From contig NIVC01000040.1 of NCBI GenBank assembly GCA_002269645.1, positions 868,001 to 932,000 of the forward strand: a stretch of 64,000 nt of DNA, given 5' to 3'. Positions 61,040 to 64,000 of this stretch are shown piece by piece. The notes beneath the pieces were generated by a model. The model worked only from the letters and a program-made list of their open reading frames with translations, was not told the origin of the DNA and searched no databases. Position 1 is the stretch's first letter, and each line of letters starts with the position of its first letter. The DNA comes from Macrostomum lignano. Lineage: Eukaryota. Position numbers and translations under genes: made by a program.

Positions 61040-61775
61040 TTGTGACTTACTTCCCTCTTATTGCGACTTAGTTGCTTCTTTTTGCGACTTACCTAATCCT
61101 TTTGCAACTTACCTAACCCTTTTGCGACTTACCTAATCCTTTTTGCGACTTAATCCTTTTTGCGACTTACCTAATCCTTTTTGCAACTTACCTAATCCTT
61201 TTTGCGACTTACCTAACCCTTTTGCGACTTACCTAACCCTTTTGCGACTTACCTAACCCTTTTGCAACTTACCTAATCCTTTTGCGACTTAGCTGATCCT
61301 TTTGCGACTTACCTGATTCTTTTTGCGACTTACCTGATCCTTTTGCGACTTACCTGATTCTTTTTGCGACTTACCTAATCCTTTTTGCAACTTACCTAAT
61401 CCTTTTTGCGACTTACCTAACCCTTTTGCGACTTACCTAACCCTTTTGCAACTTACCTAATCCTTTTGCGACTTATCTGATCCTTTTGCGACTTACCTGA
61501 TTCTTTTTGCGACTTACCTGATCCTTTTTGGGACTTACCTAATCCTTTTTGCGACTTACCTAATCCTTTTTGCAACTTACCTAATCCTTTTTGGGACTTA
61601 CCTAATCCTTTTTGTGACTTACCTGATTATTTTTACAACTTAGTTTGCTTCTTTTGCGAATTGTTTTTCTTTTGCTTCACCATTTTCCCTGAACTGCTCT
61701 TTCTTTCACTTTCCTCTTGCCTTTCTTGGTTCTTGTGTTTTTCTGTTTTTGGTTGACTCAATTTTGCGACTTACC
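61040..61775. repeat. 21/22-bp array (TTTTGCGACTTACCTAATCC)
   Basis: Read directly; lies within the 59533-61834 element. Confidence 0.9.
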
Positions 61776-62807
61776 CCTGGTCAGCCACGATTTACGGTGG
61801 CCAGATTGGCCAGGTCGGCCAGCAGTTGCGCATGTATGTTATGATATCTTATTGCTTAGTCACCAAAATTGTTGTAGGGGTTATTTCTATCCCTAATATA
61901 ATCTTTACAAACTGCTACCAAGTTGTAACAGGGGTTAATTCTATCCTGTTGTTACCAAATTTTGTACTAGGCCTAGGGTTATTTCTTACTACTTGATTTT
62001 ATTGGTTATTTCCTATACTTGTATATTTACTGATAGCATATGTACTTTTATTGGTAGCATATATACTTTTAGCCTGAGCAGTCTAATGGCACTATATTTC
62101 TAATTCTATATATCCCCCAGTTTTCTCCTCTAAGAGGGTTTCTCTCAGTCCAGGCATTACTGGGATCAGAGGGTCATAGCTTTTTTGCTGGGTATTCTAC
62201 CCTAGGCCTAAGGTAGGTTTCTTAGACTCTAAGTCTAGATCTCTCTATTACCCTGTGGTAGGATTTCTGCCTTTTAAAGGCAAATTCTCCTGTTCTGAAT
62301 CTGGATGTCTTGTTCTTTGAAAATAATTTGAATTCTCCCAGTCTTGGGGTTTCTAGTGCTTCTAAATAACTAAGTCAAAAAGTATTGATCAAGCTTCAAT
62401 TCAAGATACTAAAATAGACTATAAACCCAAAGCAAGTGGCAAGTTGTTTCTTCTCTTGCTAACAGCTCGTGTATTTATATTCCTTTTCAGTAAGTTTTAA
62501 AACAAATAAAATTTTGTAATATTTATAATATTTACAATATTTTTGATATTATACTCATTAAAACAAAATAGCCTAATTTCAAATGCAATACTTTCTAGGA
62601 TAATAACAAAGCCTATTTCATTAAGAAGACAAAAGTATTCTTAGAATTTTTTTGTGCACAAAAGCAAAATTTTGGCATAATCTGGTTAAAGCCAAAGATT
62701 CAAATTATCCAATGTGCCAATTATATTAGTAAAGGCAATCTGAACTTGGGTTTTTATTGCACCTATGCTTTTATTGCTTATATATAGGATTGTTGTATAC
62801 ATGCATA

Positions 62808-63510
62808 GGTCACTGGTCAGATTGTCATATTCTATTTCGTCATATTGGATGACAAAGTGATTGTTATAGGTTTGTACTAAACACTGGGCTTAATGCCCTG
62901 AATATGTGCCGTAGTACCTTTGGCCTTCTTTTGCCAATGTCTGCTTGGCACCATTTAAACTTTATATTTATTTTACTTATTTCCAAGCGGTTTGCCTTTA
63001 GTTAGGCTCTTGTGCTCAATACAGGCAAATGAAATAGTCTATGATCATATTTCAGTTAAAAATAAACTTTAATCTGCTCGGGCAAAAGCCAGCCCGCAGC
63101 AGTAATCAAAAGCAAAGTAGCTTGAAAAATAATATGACAAAGTGACCAAACATTTATTTATGCTGGATACTTCGTCATCAACCAACGCAATCTGTGTGGG
63201 ATTTGAGTTTGTGTAAGCTATTTTTTGTTTAATAACAATAAGTTGTGGCAAGCAGAATTGATCGACAGGTTTTATCAGATGACATATTAGATGACATTAG
63301 ATGACAAAATGACTGGGATCATTAGGATTCCAAGATATGTTTGATTGTTACATTAATTCACTTGAAGTTGGAACTAATATGATTAGTAGATGACGAAATG
63401 ACTCTCTTCAGGTAGTGCATGTTAATTAAGATGACAAAGTGACCATAGTTAAGGTGAGCACCCCAGACACCCAGATGACAAAATGACAGATGACGAAATG
63501 ACTAGGAACC
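62808..63510. mobile_element. Second member of the GGTTCCTRG / GATGACAAAGTG MULE-like family
   Basis: Right end GATGACGAAATGACTAGGAACC; degenerate left end GGTCACTGGTCA; flanks CATGCATA / CATGCATG. Confidence 0.55.
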
Positions 63511-63883
63511 CATGCATGCATAGCACTTGGTTAAAAATCTCTATAGTCCATCTGTCTTTAATTTAACTTCACAAGTTAAATGCTTTAACTATTAGTGTAT
63601 ATTATTATATAAATTCATACATAACATCTGGCTAATTTGGCTAAATTTTTCTGGTTTTATTTTTCACAAGTGACTAAAATTAATGATTGTCTAAGGCAAC
63701 ACCATATGCAAAAGTACATTGTCATCTCATAAATTTATTTTTATTCTTTAGCCCTGAATGAGTTTACAATTAATTTCCATCCTTTGTAAACTTGAATAAG
63801 CAGCAAACTCCTGTCATAGCACCTGCATACCCTAAGACAATCCAATGCATTACAGTTGTTAACCAGTCAGCCATAGTCAATTG

Positions 63884-64000
63884 ATGCCGCCAAAAAATCA
63901 GAAGCCCGACCCGAAAAAGTCGGCGCCAGCTAAGAAGAAAGATGCCGGATCCAGCGGCGGCAAGGCTAAGAAAAAGAAGTGGTCCAAAGGAAAGGTTCGC
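63884..64000 (+). CDS. RPS25: 40S ribosomal protein S25 (eS25), 5' part, truncated by the window edge
   Basis: MPPKNQKPDPKKSAPAKKKDAGSSGGKAKKKKWSKGKVR carries the diagnostic GGKAKKKKWSKGKVR motif. Confidence 0.95.
   Translation, partial: MPPKNQKPDPKKSAPAKKKDAGSSGGKAKKKKWSKGKVR

Larger units (their letters stand above)
59533..61834. mobile_element. TA-flanked TIR element (CATGCGCAAC family), expanded by internal repeats
   Basis: TA+CATGCGCAACT at 59531 and AGTTGCGCATG+TA at 61824-36. Both terminal regions match the 288-bp copy at 50595-50882. Confidence 0.7.

Noticed and set aside
1-64000. Telomeric TTAGGG arrays, rRNA, spliced-leader RNA gene, reverse transcriptase or intact transposase ORF
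   Set aside because: Looked for by eye and not found.

Overview
Eukaryotic (animal) genomic DNA. GC-rich exons, GT-AG introns packed with minisatellites, and CAG-rich ORFs suggest a free-living flatworm such as Macrostomum; this species call is an inference. The left ~43 kb is gene-rich. It holds a Cys-rich orphan ORF (+), a PAN plus fibrinogen-domain gene (-), an intronless Gln/His-rich ORF (-), a 2-exon Ly6/uPAR three-finger gene (+), a complete 4-exon cathepsin C (-, 466 aa) and a complete 12-exon IQGAP (-, 1671 aa). The right ~20 kb is an AT-rich transposon graveyard: a 4-level nested stack (foldback > MULE-like > mariner > hAT MITE), a 4.3-kb non-autonomous Helitron carrying a tRNA-like unit and a 3-kb satellite, and several MITEs. 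It ends in the start of RPS25. Most long ORFs in the supplied track are artefacts of tandem repeats. The most striking observations are: (1) a recurrent C>T signature in CAG/CTG (CWG) context in the dead mariner, in TIRs, in satellite variants and in Leu codon usage, suggesting CHG-like methylation or RIP-like mutagenesis in an animal; (2) a 36-bp minisatellite made of the cathepsin C exon end plus its splice donor, giving about 26 tandem exon-end/donor copies; (3) a different minisatellite in essentially every intron of IQGAP, CTSC and the Ly6 gene. No CRISPR array, rRNA or intact tRNA gene was found. All counts and coordinates were read by hand.
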